NCBI GenBank assembly: GCA_965233865.1
Contig: OZ247587.1
Location: forward strand, 800,001-864,000
Source: Candidatus Neptunichlamydia sp.
GTDB lineage: Bacteria > Chlamydiota > Chlamydiia > Chlamydiales > Simkaniaceae
Reading direction: 5' to 3'
Length of the DNA stretch: 64,000 nucleotides
The notes under the pieces were generated by a model. It had not been told where the DNA came from. It saw only the letters and a list, made by a program, of their open reading frames with translations, and did no database searches. A program made the translations under genes and the position numbers. Below, in pieces: positions 41,511 through 51,095 of this stretch; positions within the stretch are counted from its first letter, which is position 1, and every line of letters begins with the position of its first letter.

Positions 41511-41704
41511 TACCAATTTCAAGGAATAAAGGGTTGTCTTGAAAATTTTTGCGAAGAACTGTTTTTGGAGATCGTAATTAACTACTATAGTAAGATCGAA
41601 AAGAATTTTCTCCGGAAAAATATCAAGAAGAATTTGATGCTTTATTTCCTGAAATTGGTATAAGTTATTGTAAAGAAGATTTGTTTTCTCTATGGTAGTG
41701 CGAT

Positions 41705-42535
41705 ATGGATATCCGCCTACTAAATGAAATCACGCGCAGTATTGAGATTGCCTTGAAGGAAGATGAAGTCTTTCGAGATCGAACGAGCGAGGCTTGCATT
41801 GACAAGGGTTTTGGATTAGGAACTCTTCTATTAAAAGAAGAGGGGGTCATTGCAGGGTTACCTTTTCTAGAGCTGATTGCTTATGGAGTCGACCCTCTCA
41901 TTACTGTAAGGCTACTTGTCGATGAAGGAATGCAGATATTATCGGGTTCTATTGCAGAAGTAGAAGGGCCGATTCGCAGCTTGCTGGCAATGGAGCGAAC
42001 AGCAATCAACTTTATCCAGCATGCAACAAGCATCGCAAGTAAAACTGCGCTCTATGTTGAGGCTGCACATGGGTTATGCGACATTTTAGATACACGAAAA
42101 ACCCTTCCGGGCCTCAGATATTTACAAAAATATGCGGTCAAGATGGGTGGAGGGAAAAATCACCGCTTCCACTTAGCCGATCAAATTCTGATTAAGGACA
42201 ATCATTTGATGCACCTTGAATTAAAAGAAGCGGTTAGGCGGGCCCGGGATGCTTTTCCGGACAAGAGGCTTCAAGTTGAGGTAGAAAATGAAAAAATGTT
42301 TGACGAGGCGGTAATTGCTTGCCCAGATGCTATCCTTCTTGATAATATGAGCCCCAGCATGATCCGCAGTTTTGTTTCGCGGAATAAGAAGAAGATCTAT
42401 TTAGAAGCTTCTGGGGGAATTGAGTTAAATAACATTCGCTCGTATGCAGAAACTGGTGTCGATGGGATTTCCGTTGGAAGGCTCACTCATTCGGTCCATG
42501 CTATTGATATGAGCTTAAAAATCAGGAGAAAATAA
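41705..42535 (+). CDS. nadC: Nicotinate-nucleotide pyrophosphorylase (carboxylating)
   Basis: DTRKTLPG, NHRFHL, LIKDNH, LLDNM, EASGGI. Confidence 0.95.
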   Translation: MDIRLLNEITRSIEIALKEDEVFRDRTSEACIDKGFGLGTLLLKEEGVIAGLPFLELIAYGVDPLITVRLLVDEGMQILSGSIAEVEGPIRSLLAMERTAINFIQHATSIASKTALYVEAAHGLCDILDTRKTLPGLRYLQKYAVKMGGGKNHRFHLADQILIKDNHLMHLELKEAVRRARDAFPDKRLQVEVENEKMFDEAVIACPDAILLDNMSPSMIRSFVSRNKKKIYLEASGGIELNNIRSYAETGVDGISVGRLTHSVHAIDMSLKIRRK

Positions 42536-42537
42536 CT

Positions 42538-44136
42538 ATGTCAACACCTAAGAAATTGATTTTTGAAGAGGAAGCAAGAGAAAAACTTAAAGAAGGAATT
42601 GACAAGCTTGCAGATACCGTTGGTGTAACCCTCGGCCCTAAAGGGAAAAACATTGGAATCGAATCGAGCTGGGGCGCTCCAAAAATCACTAACGATGGGA
42701 ATAGTATCGTCAAGGATATTGAGCTAAAGGACCCTTACGCAAATATGGGTGTTTCGATGGGAAAAGAAGTCGCAAGCAAGATCAAAGAAAAATCGGGTGA
42801 CGGTACCACAACAGGAATTATCCTCCTTCGCGCTCTTGTAAAGCAAGGAATCAAAAATATTGCAAGTGGCGTCAGCCCGATCAACTTAAAGCGCGGAATC
42901 GACAAAGGTGTTGAAGTCGTAATGCAAGAACTTGATGCCTTAGCGACTCCCGTAGAAAAAGCCGATGCAATCCGAAATATTGCAACGGTCTCTGCTTCTG
43001 GAAACCAAGAAATCGGCCAGACAATTTTTGATGCCATCGATAAAGTCGGTAGCTCAGGCGTCATCACAATTGAAGAAGGAAAAGGAACTTCCACCACAAT
43101 TGAAATGGTTGAAGGAATGCAATTTGACCGTGGATATACAAGTCCCTATTTCTGCACAAATGCTGAAGCGATGATGATCGAAATGACAAATACAGGGGTT
43201 TTAATTACCGACAAGAAAATTTCCTCGGTTCAAGAAATTCTTCCTTTGCTGCAGTCAATTGCTGCCTCAGGAAAGGGTCTACTTATTATTGCAGAAGACA
43301 TTGAAGGAGATGCCCTCTCAACACTCGTTATGAATAAACTGCGCGGCTCACTTAAGATTGCTGCAGTCAAAGCACCAGGGTTTGGGGATCGACGCAAAGC
43401 AGTGCTTGAAGATATCGCAGTACTTACTGGAGCCACCGTTGTCTCTGAAGAGAAAGGAATGCAGCTCATGGAAGCAACTGAAGAAGTCCTCGGGCAAGCA
43501 GAACGGATCGAGATCGACAAAGAAAATACTACAATTGTTGGGGGTATGGGTCGAAAAGAAGAAATTAGTGCGCGTATTAAGCAAATTAATGTCGAACATG
43601 ATAACGCCTCAAGTGATTACGATAAGGAAAAGATTGAAGAGCGCCGTGCGAAATTGCAAGGCGGAGTAGCAGTTATTCGTGTGGGTGCTCCAACTGAACC
43701 CGAGATGAAGCAAAAGAAACAAGATTTTGAAGATAGCTTGAATGCAACACGCGCTGCCCAAGAGAGTGGTTTTGTTCCTGGTGGGGGCGTTGCCCTCCTC
43801 CGAGCAAGCCAAAAACTCAAGGAACTAAACCTTGATCAAGAGGAACAACTAGGAGTAAAAATTGTCTTGAGTGCTTGTGCTGCTCCTTTTAAGCAAATCG
43901 TAGACAATTGTGGAAAGGATAGCTCTATTTACTTAGAAGAAGTTCTGAGTAAAGCATCTTCTTTTGGGTTCAACGCTTCCAGCGAAACAGTTGAAAACCT
44001 AGTTACAGGCGAGGTGATTGATCCGACCAAGGTTGTGAAAAATTCTCTTAAGTATGCTGCTTCGGTTGCTGGAATCGTATTGATTTCCGAAGTACTGATT
44101 GCAGATGCACCTGAGGACGAGGAAGAGTCGGCATGA
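42538..44136 (+). CDS. groEL: Chaperonin GroEL paralog
   Basis: TLGPKG, GDGTTT, GMQFDRGY, APGFGDRRK; acidic tail instead of GGM; no adjacent groES. Confidence 0.95.
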   Translation: MSTPKKLIFEEEAREKLKEGIDKLADTVGVTLGPKGKNIGIESSWGAPKITNDGNSIVKDIELKDPYANMGVSMGKEVASKIKEKSGDGTTTGIILLRALVKQGIKNIASGVSPINLKRGIDKGVEVVMQELDALATPVEKADAIRNIATVSASGNQEIGQTIFDAIDKVGSSGVITIEEGKGTSTTIEMVEGMQFDRGYTSPYFCTNAEAMMIEMTNTGVLITDKKISSVQEILPLLQSIAASGKGLLIIAEDIEGDALSTLVMNKLRGSLKIAAVKAPGFGDRRKAVLEDIAVLTGATVVSEEKGMQLMEATEEVLGQAERIEIDKENTTIVGGMGRKEEISARIKQINVEHDNASSDYDKEKIEERRAKLQGGVAVIRVGAPTEPEMKQKKQDFEDSLNATRAAQESGFVPGGGVALLRASQKLKELNLDQEEQLGVKIVLSACAAPFKQIVDNCGKDSSIYLEEVLSKASSFGFNASSETVENLVTGEVIDPTKVVKNSLKYAASVAGIVLISEVLIADAPEDEEESA

Positions 44137-45059
44137 TCCGCTCCGCCCTCCTATGCGCATCGGGAATCGGTGATGGGCTTCTTATGATGATCGTGGCCCA
44201 TCACCTCAAAAAATGTAGGCTAAACCCTACGGTTTTTCATGAAGGAGCAGAGGATCTGGCCCTTCTTTTTGAAGATCATACTTTTAAAAAACATGTTCCT
44301 TTAGAGGAACTCGAAAGCTATGATACCGTCATTGTAGAAAATGATAATTCAAAACGCGCATGGGATCTGTTTCGACTCCGCAACCAAGGAAAGATGAGAC
44401 ATGTACGATTTATTTTTCCTACCCCAAGCAAAAACTTCAAAAAGGGCGATTTCCTCTTTGATTCTACTCTCCCTGTTGCAACGAATTTAGCTAATGCTTG
44501 CGCTGAGCTCCTTGGGAGTCCCCACAGCAAAGAAAATGACCTAACCCTCCCCAATGGGGAACATCAAAGACATTCCGAGAGAGTGGTGATCCATCCGACG
44601 AGCAATGATCCTAAGCGAAACTGGGGAAAAAACCAATTTCTAGAACTTGCTAACCTGCTTGAAATGAAAGGATACTCTCCTGTTTTTTGTGTTAGCCCCA
44701 GTGAGCGGATGGAATGGGAAGGGCTTGGGATAAAGCTCCCTCTATTTGCAAATTTGAAAGAATTAGCCTCCTATATTTATGAATCAGGATTTCTAATTGG
44801 GAATGATTCAGGGCTTGGGCATTTAGCTTCAAACTTAGGGGTTGAAACCTTAACCATTTCAGGAAACCCAAAAAGGGTCCGCCTGTGGCGTCCCGATTGG
44901 TCGCTTGGAAAGGTTGTGACGATTCCCTTTCCTCTTCCCAACTTTAAAGGAATCAACTTCCTGATACGAGAAAACTACTGGCAAAAATTTATTCCCGTTA
45001 AGAGGATCTTTAAGGCCTTTATGGAGCTAACACATGAAAGCCGCAGTCATTTGCTCTAA
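44133..45059 (+). CDS. Glycosyltransferase family 9
   Basis: GIGDGL, IHPTSNDPKRNW, IGNDSGLGHLA. Confidence 0.85.
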   Translation: MIRSALLCASGIGDGLLMMIVAHHLKKCRLNPTVFHEGAEDLALLFEDHTFKKHVPLEELESYDTVIVENDNSKRAWDLFRLRNQGKMRHVRFIFPTPSKNFKKGDFLFDSTLPVATNLANACAELLGSPHSKENDLTLPNGEHQRHSERVVIHPTSNDPKRNWGKNQFLELANLLEMKGYSPVFCVSPSERMEWEGLGIKLPLFANLKELASYIYESGFLIGNDSGLGHLASNLGVETLTISGNPKRVRLWRPDWSLGKVVTIPFPLPNFKGINFLIRENYWQKFIPVKRIFKAFMELTHESRSHLL

Positions 45060-45936
45060 AGGGATGGGTGACGGCCTCATGATGATGGTCGCTTCCCACC
45101 GCCTCAAACTTGAGGGATACGATGTCACAACCTTTCAAGATTCTCTAGAGGAGTTGGAAAGATGGTTTCCTGGTCATCACTTTGCTAAACGCTCGACAAT
45201 TGACTCCCTTGAAGCTTTTGATCTAATTATCCTGCAAAATGATAACACTCCCTTTTCTCTTAATCTCATTGAGAAATATCGCGGTAAGATCTCTATCTTT
45301 TATGCTAGCTATGAAGAAGGGAAGCACTATGCTCTTAATCCTCAAGACCGCATTTTTGATCGGGCCCTCCCCCTTGTAACAAACATTGCGCAGAGCATTG
45401 CCTCAATTCTTGGGAAAATGGATCCCATTTTCGAAAATGGAATCGCAGTTTCCGAAGAGCTCTCCTATCGGAAGCACCAAAAACGAGTGGTGATTCATCC
45501 AACGAGCACAACTCCCAAGCGAACCTGGAGCAGAGAAAAATTTTTGTGCGTAGCAGAGAAACTCAAAAAAGAGGGGTTTGAAATTGTTTTTTCACTTAAC
45601 CCTGATGAGAAAGAAAAGTGGAGGGGAATCCCCTTTGCTATTCCGAAGTTTCCCAATCTGAGCACCCTCGCTTCTTATCTCTATGAGTCCTACTTTTTAA
45701 TCGGAAATGAATCAGGAACAGGACACCTGGCTTCAAACTTAGGAATTCCCACCCTCATCGTTGCAAGCTGCCCAAAGCAAATGGCACTGTGGCGTCCTGG
45801 ATTTCTTCTTGGAAAAGTGCTTACCCCCTCTCCCTATATTCCCAATACAAAACTCCTTAGGCTCCGAAAAAATAGGTGGCAAGCCTTTATCTCTCCCCGT
45901 CGGGTAGTCAAAACCTTTCATGAGGTCGTCCAATGA
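45034..45936 (+). CDS. Glycosyltransferase family 9 (tandem paralog)
   Basis: GMGDGL, IHPTSTTPKRTW, IGNESGTGHLA. Confidence 0.85.
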   Translation: MKAAVICSKGMGDGLMMMVASHRLKLEGYDVTTFQDSLEELERWFPGHHFAKRSTIDSLEAFDLIILQNDNTPFSLNLIEKYRGKISIFYASYEEGKHYALNPQDRIFDRALPLVTNIAQSIASILGKMDPIFENGIAVSEELSYRKHQKRVVIHPTSTTPKRTWSREKFLCVAEKLKKEGFEIVFSLNPDEKEKWRGIPFAIPKFPNLSTLASYLYESYFLIGNESGTGHLASNLGIPTLIVASCPKQMALWRPGFLLGKVLTPSPYIPNTKLLRLRKNRWQAFISPRRVVKTFHEVVQ

Positions 45937-46586
45937 AATGGATTCCTCTCTTGATGTTTCCTCTGGCACTGTTTGGCGGGCTCAATGAAAATGGCGACTT
46001 CCAAGCTTGGAACACAGACACCATCAACCTCCAGATGGGGAAAAAAATCTTTTTGAAGGGAGAAACCGAGTTTCGGTATGGGCAAGATGGTAGCAAGCTC
46101 TACTATAAACATTACCAAGGTGGGATCGTTTTTATCCGCTCTTCCCACACAGTAATTGAAACCTCTTACCGCCATATCTTTCTTCGAGTAGATCATCATT
46201 GGCGCAAAATTTATAGTCCATTCTTAGATCTCATCTTCCAAGCACAATCAAGGCGCGGTTGGTGCATTGGAAACCGTAATCGTATCCAATATCTTATTCA
46301 CGATAAACATTTAGGCAGCAAACGGCGTTGGCTCTACCGCAACAGATTTGAGATCATTCTCCCTCACCGAGTAACCCGAAGAAAAATCGCTCCTTACATC
46401 GCTAATGAAGTTTTTTGGCATGAATCTAGGGGGATTTCTGAAAACCTCCTAGAGGCCGGTCTTAAGATTCCCTATCACCAAAGGACTCAACTCAATCTTG
46501 CTTACATATCCCGAAACCTCAAAGACCATAAAAAGAAGTGGATCCACCAAAATGTAACATGGGTCCATTTTTCTCTTCACTTCTAA
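45933..46586 (+). CDS. Putative outer-membrane beta-barrel (DUF2490-like)
   Basis: Signal peptide, NRNRIQY, YRNRF, PYIANEVF, terminal LHF. Confidence 0.7.
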   Translation: MKWIPLLMFPLALFGGLNENGDFQAWNTDTINLQMGKKIFLKGETEFRYGQDGSKLYYKHYQGGIVFIRSSHTVIETSYRHIFLRVDHHWRKIYSPFLDLIFQAQSRRGWCIGNRNRIQYLIHDKHLGSKRRWLYRNRFEIILPHRVTRRKIAPYIANEVFWHESRGISENLLEAGLKIPYHQRTQLNLAYISRNLKDHKKKWIHQNVTWVHFSLHF

Positions 46587-46610
46587 CATCACATCGGTAT
46601 ATTAGGGACT

Positions 46611-47231
46611 ATGCTAGAACAGGACCTACTTCTTCTTTTTAAGGGGATATGTACAGGGGTTTTTTATACCTTTATCTCGATTTCGGGGATGATTCTTGTT
46701 GCCCATTACATTATAGGTAAGAATTTCAGGCTTGGACTCACCGCAACCCTTGGCATCGTTGCAGTGCAGGTATTTTGGTCTGCAGTCGCTCTTTTAATTA
46801 TGATGGGGCTGGTTAAAAGTGCTAATATCAACTATCCTAGTTTTTCCCTGATTGGTTCGACGATCCTCTTCATTATGGCGATCAAAATCTATCGAGGAAG
46901 GGAAAAATTCGACCAACACGATGCCCTTTCTGGACGACCACTAAAAGCCTTTGCGGCAGGAGCTTTGATCTCTCTTGTGATTCCCATTCGAGTTCTAGGA
47001 TTCGCTGCAATCTTTGCTGCAATTCGAGTTCATACCACCAAAATTAATGAAGGTATTTTTCCAGTGATTGGGGTGGCCATTGGCTCTTTTTTATTTTGGC
47101 TGATCTTTTCCCTATCCATCTACCACTCAAAAAAGATGATTTCTCCAAAAACTCTCCAAAAATTTCATCGCTACGCCGCCCTCGTCCTAATCATCTTTTC
47201 TTTGATTGGATTGTTGCAACAATATTTTTAA
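46611..47231 (+). CDS. LysE-family translocator-like membrane protein
   Basis: About 6 TM, GVAIGSFLFW, size 206 aa. Confidence 0.7.
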   Translation: MLEQDLLLLFKGICTGVFYTFISISGMILVAHYIIGKNFRLGLTATLGIVAVQVFWSAVALLIMMGLVKSANINYPSFSLIGSTILFIMAIKIYRGREKFDQHDALSGRPLKAFAAGALISLVIPIRVLGFAAIFAAIRVHTTKINEGIFPVIGVAIGSFLFWLIFSLSIYHSKKMISPKTLQKFHRYAALVLIIFSLIGLLQQYF

Positions 47232-47461
47232 GAAAAAATGATAGATTTTTTAATCAAAAGCAGAAATATGAGACGGAAGAGAAGAAAATGAGCGAAGAGG
47301 GAAAAAGAAACATTTGATTTCTTCTAAAACAAATTTTAGATACTGCCAGGCGACTCCAAAAAAAGCTGCAAAAATTCCTCAAAAAGAAAAGGTAATAGGC
47401 CGGGAAAAGAAAAATTCAAGCGAGCTTGCATCGGTTGCGCTCACGGGCTATACTAGTGGGC

Positions 47462-48721
47462 ATGATTCGGATTGCCCATATCTCAGATTTGCATTTTTCA
47501 AAGTTTTCTTTGAGTCCTGCTCAGTTTTTTTCTAAGCAGTGGCTGGGAAACCTGAACCTCCTGTTTAACCGCTCCAAGCAGTACCTCAATGAGCGCCCTT
47601 TTTCCCTTGTCTCTGAATTCAAAGAAAAGGGAATTACTCATGTCATCATTTCCGGTGATTTAACCACCACTTCAAGTCACCAGGAATACAAAATGGCAAA
47701 ACATTTTGTAGAAGATTTAGAGAAAGAAGGAATGAAAGTATTTGTCATTCCCGGAAACCATGACCATTATACGAAAAAATCCGATCGAACCAAACGCTTT
47801 TATCTTACCTTCCCCTCCTCTAAGAGTAGCAAATTTTCATTAAGTCAACATGGAGTGTGCTCTATAGCACTTGTTCCGGGGTGGCATCTCGTTTTAATGG
47901 ATACAGCACTCGCAACCTCACTTGTTTCATCAAACGGTTATTTTTCTCCAGTTCTTGAAGAGAATTTCAAAAAACTCATCGAAAAGATCTCCCCTGACGA
48001 AAACATTCTTCTAGTGAACCACTTTCCATTCTTCGACCATGACACACCTCGTCGTCGCCTTATTCGGGGAAGTCAACTCCTTCAGCTCATTGAAAGCTGC
48101 CCTCATATTCAGATGTATCTCCACGGCCATACCCATCGACACACGATTGCTGACTTGCGCCCCAATAAGCTCCCCCTTGTTCTTAATAGCGGAAGCACTG
48201 GCCACCGAAATGGATCGTGGAACCAAATGGATTTAGAAGGAAATGCTCTAAAACTCACAGTGAATCGCTGGAAAGATGGCTGGAAGGAAACAGATGTGCA
48301 GACCTTCTTATTTGAATCGAAACCCTGGTATCACAAGGGACTCCGCTTTAAATGCACAGGATGTGGGAAGTGTTGTACGGGATCAGGTTTTGTCTGGCTC
48401 GAAAAAGACGATGTTAAGAGTGCTGCAAAACACTTAGCGCTTACAGAGGATGAGTTTTACAAAAAGTATACCCGACAGCTCGGATTTGACGTCTCCCTTA
48501 TTGAAAATCCTGTCACAGCAGACTGCGTTTTTCTCGAGGATAAAAAGTTCTGCAAAATCTATGAATCCCGCCCGCAGCAGTGCCGCACCTTCCCCTGGTG
48601 GAAAGGAAACCTAGAGAATCCCCAGGCTTGGAAAGATACAAAAGCGCGATGCGAAGGGATAGATCACAAAGAGGCCCCTCTTATCTCTCTGCCAGATATT
48701 GAAAAACACCTAGAAGATTGA
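47462..48721 (+). CDS. Metallophosphoesterase fused to YkgJ-like cysteine-cluster domain
   Basis: SDLH, GDL, GNHD, HGHTH; then CTGCGKCC, DCVFL, CKIYESRPQQCRTFPWW. Confidence 0.85.
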   Translation: MIRIAHISDLHFSKFSLSPAQFFSKQWLGNLNLLFNRSKQYLNERPFSLVSEFKEKGITHVIISGDLTTTSSHQEYKMAKHFVEDLEKEGMKVFVIPGNHDHYTKKSDRTKRFYLTFPSSKSSKFSLSQHGVCSIALVPGWHLVLMDTALATSLVSSNGYFSPVLEENFKKLIEKISPDENILLVNHFPFFDHDTPRRRLIRGSQLLQLIESCPHIQMYLHGHTHRHTIADLRPNKLPLVLNSGSTGHRNGSWNQMDLEGNALKLTVNRWKDGWKETDVQTFLFESKPWYHKGLRFKCTGCGKCCTGSGFVWLEKDDVKSAAKHLALTEDEFYKKYTRQLGFDVSLIENPVTADCVFLEDKKFCKIYESRPQQCRTFPWWKGNLENPQAWKDTKARCEGIDHKEAPLISLPDIEKHLED

Positions 48722-48730
48722 GGAGTTTCA

Positions 48731-49810
48731 ATGAGGATTGGAAAACTACTGATTCGCCTAATTATCGTCTCCCTTTGGGTTGCCCTGTTTTTTGCACTCG
48801 TAGCAATTCCTCATTTCATCCGCCCCTTTAAAGAAAGTACACCTGTTCTCAATATTTTTAGCTGGCCTGAGATATTAAGCCTCGAGACGATCTCAAAGTT
48901 CGAGGAAGAGTCAGGGATCAAAGTTAAGCGTCACTATTATACGAGTAATGAGGAGCTTCTAGTCAAACTTAAAGCAACCAAAGGGAAAGGATATGATTTG
49001 GTTATTCCCTCTGACTACATGGTGAAAAAGCTCATTGAGGAAGAGCTCTTGCAATCTATTAATTCAAAAGAATTAAACTTCTTAGCACATTTAAATCCCC
49101 GCCTAATACATCAATCTTTTGACCCGGAAAACACCTACTCTATTCCCTATATCTGGGAAGTAATCGGTTTTGGAATCAACACTGAGCAATATAGCGACCT
49201 ACCCTTTATTCCTACTTGGAAGGAGCTCTATCATCCTACAAATCCCAACACAAAAATCTCAATGATCAACGACCCTATTGAAGCCATTGATTGCACGGCT
49301 CGCCACCTCTTTGGAGATGATGTGGAGATGGGTCCCAAAAAAATCGCTCAAATCCATGCGACCTTAAGGGAACAGAAAAAATTAGTCGAAGCCTATGCCG
49401 GAGTCCGAGGAGACTACCTTCTGATTACAAAAAACTGCTCAATCGCTGTAATCCCCACTTCCTACGTTTTTCGCGCTGCAAAAAACTACAAGCACATCGA
49501 TTTTATAATCCCCGAAAAATACACTTTTCTAACTATTGAAAACTGTTGCATTCCAAAAAACTCTGAGAATAGCGAGTTTGTCTATGCTTTTCTCAACTAT
49601 CTATACCAACCAGAAGTTTTTGCTGGTGAAGCAAATTCGTATCACAACTTCCCTGCCACAACAGATGTTAGTCCCTACATAAAAGGCCTCCCGGTTTATC
49701 TGAAAACCTTAGAAACCTTAGAAAACTACGATGGAGACTTCTACTATACAAGAGACCTCCTTTCAGAGACCGAGTCCCGCACTCTTTGGATCAAACTCAA
49801 AACCGATTGA
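48731..49810 (+). CDS. potD: Spermidine/putrescine ABC substrate-binding protein (PotD-like)
   Basis: FEEESGIKV, SNEEL, GYDLVIPSDY, DPENTYSIPY. Confidence 0.8.
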   Translation: MRIGKLLIRLIIVSLWVALFFALVAIPHFIRPFKESTPVLNIFSWPEILSLETISKFEEESGIKVKRHYYTSNEELLVKLKATKGKGYDLVIPSDYMVKKLIEEELLQSINSKELNFLAHLNPRLIHQSFDPENTYSIPYIWEVIGFGINTEQYSDLPFIPTWKELYHPTNPNTKISMINDPIEAIDCTARHLFGDDVEMGPKKIAQIHATLREQKKLVEAYAGVRGDYLLITKNCSIAVIPTSYVFRAAKNYKHIDFIIPEKYTFLTIENCCIPKNSENSEFVYAFLNYLYQPEVFAGEANSYHNFPATTDVSPYIKGLPVYLKTLETLENYDGDFYYTRDLLSETESRTLWIKLKTD

Positions 49811-49865
49811 CCGATACATTTTTTGTCAATTTTGCTACAGTCAAATTTAAAACCTGAGCCAGAGT

Positions 49866-51092
49866 TGATCTTCCCCCGAAAAATAGGACAGTTATGATAC
49901 AGACTTCTCGAACTTAAAGAGGAGTAAAAGTAAATGAAAAAATTCAATGATGAATTTAAAGGGAATGCGGTCAAGTTAGTGAGAGAAGAGGGGCTGAAGA
50001 TAGAAGAGGTAGCAAGTGATCTGGGTATAGGTGTTTCTACGCTAAAAGTATGGCTCAGTAAGCATGACCATGGTCGATTGATTAAGACTGAAAAGCAGGC
50101 AAGGGAAGAAGAAGAGGTTAAGCGACTGAAAAAAGAAAATAGGATCTTAAAGCAGGAAAGAGAAATCTTAAAAAAGGCCATGGACATTCTCTCCTCGATG
50201 TCAAAAGCAAATACAGAGCTATGAAGAAATTGAGAAAGGAATTTCCCATAGAGAAAATGTTGCAAGTCTTTGGAGTGACAAGAAGCGGGTACTACCGCTT
50301 CGTGTCATCTCCAAAAGGGAAAAGAGTTCAAGAAGAAGAGAAGCTTACCGAGGAAGTAGAACAGATTTTTTATGAGCACAAAAAACGATATGGAAGCCCA
50401 AGAATTTTTATGGAACTGAAGGAAAAAGGGGTGCACTGTAGTGAAAAGAGAGTTGCTAACATTATGAAGAAGAACAATTTAGTTGCAAAACAAAGAAAGA
50501 AAAGGAAAGAAGTTAGTAGTAAAAGAGAAGAAGTCGAACTTGCTTAACCAGAATGTTACGGCAGAGAAAAAGAATGCTAAATGGGTCAGCGATATTACCT
50601 ATATAAGGACAGGCAAAGGGTGGGCATATTTATGTACAGTCATGGATCTTTACTCTAGGAAAATCGTTGGACATTCCATCAAAAATCATATGAGAAAAGA
50701 ATTGGTCATACAAGCTTTAGAGCAGGCAGTCTCAGGAAGAAGAGCTGTAGAAGGGATAATATTTCATAGCGATCAAGGATCACAATACGGCTCTGAAGCA
50801 ATAGATAAAAGTCTAAAGAAAAACAACATGATTAGAAGCATGAGTGGAAAAGGAAGTTGCTATGACAATGCCCCAATGGAAAGTTTTTTCAATTCTCTTA
50901 AGAGAGAATGCGTAGGAGCTGAAGTCTTTAAAGATGCAGAAGCTGCTGAAAAGGAAATATTTAATTATATAGAATACTACTATAACAATAAGAGAAGGCA
51001 TTCAACATTGGGATATTTGAGCCCGGTGAAATTTGAAGAAAAACATGAGAATAGTCTATGTTAAAAGTATCTACAGAAACGGGGGAAGATCA
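49866..51092 (+). mobile_element. IS3-family element, orfB frameshifted
   Basis: IRs TGATCTTCCCCCG / CGGGGGAAGATCA; orfA 49934..50224; YGSPRI, WVSDITY, HSDQGSQY, DNAPMESF. Confidence 0.92.
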
Positions 51093-51095
51093 TCT

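Noticed and set aside
51033..51095. N-terminal extension of phosphoglucomutase
   Set aside because: Lies inside the IS3 right end; the likely start is ATG 51096.
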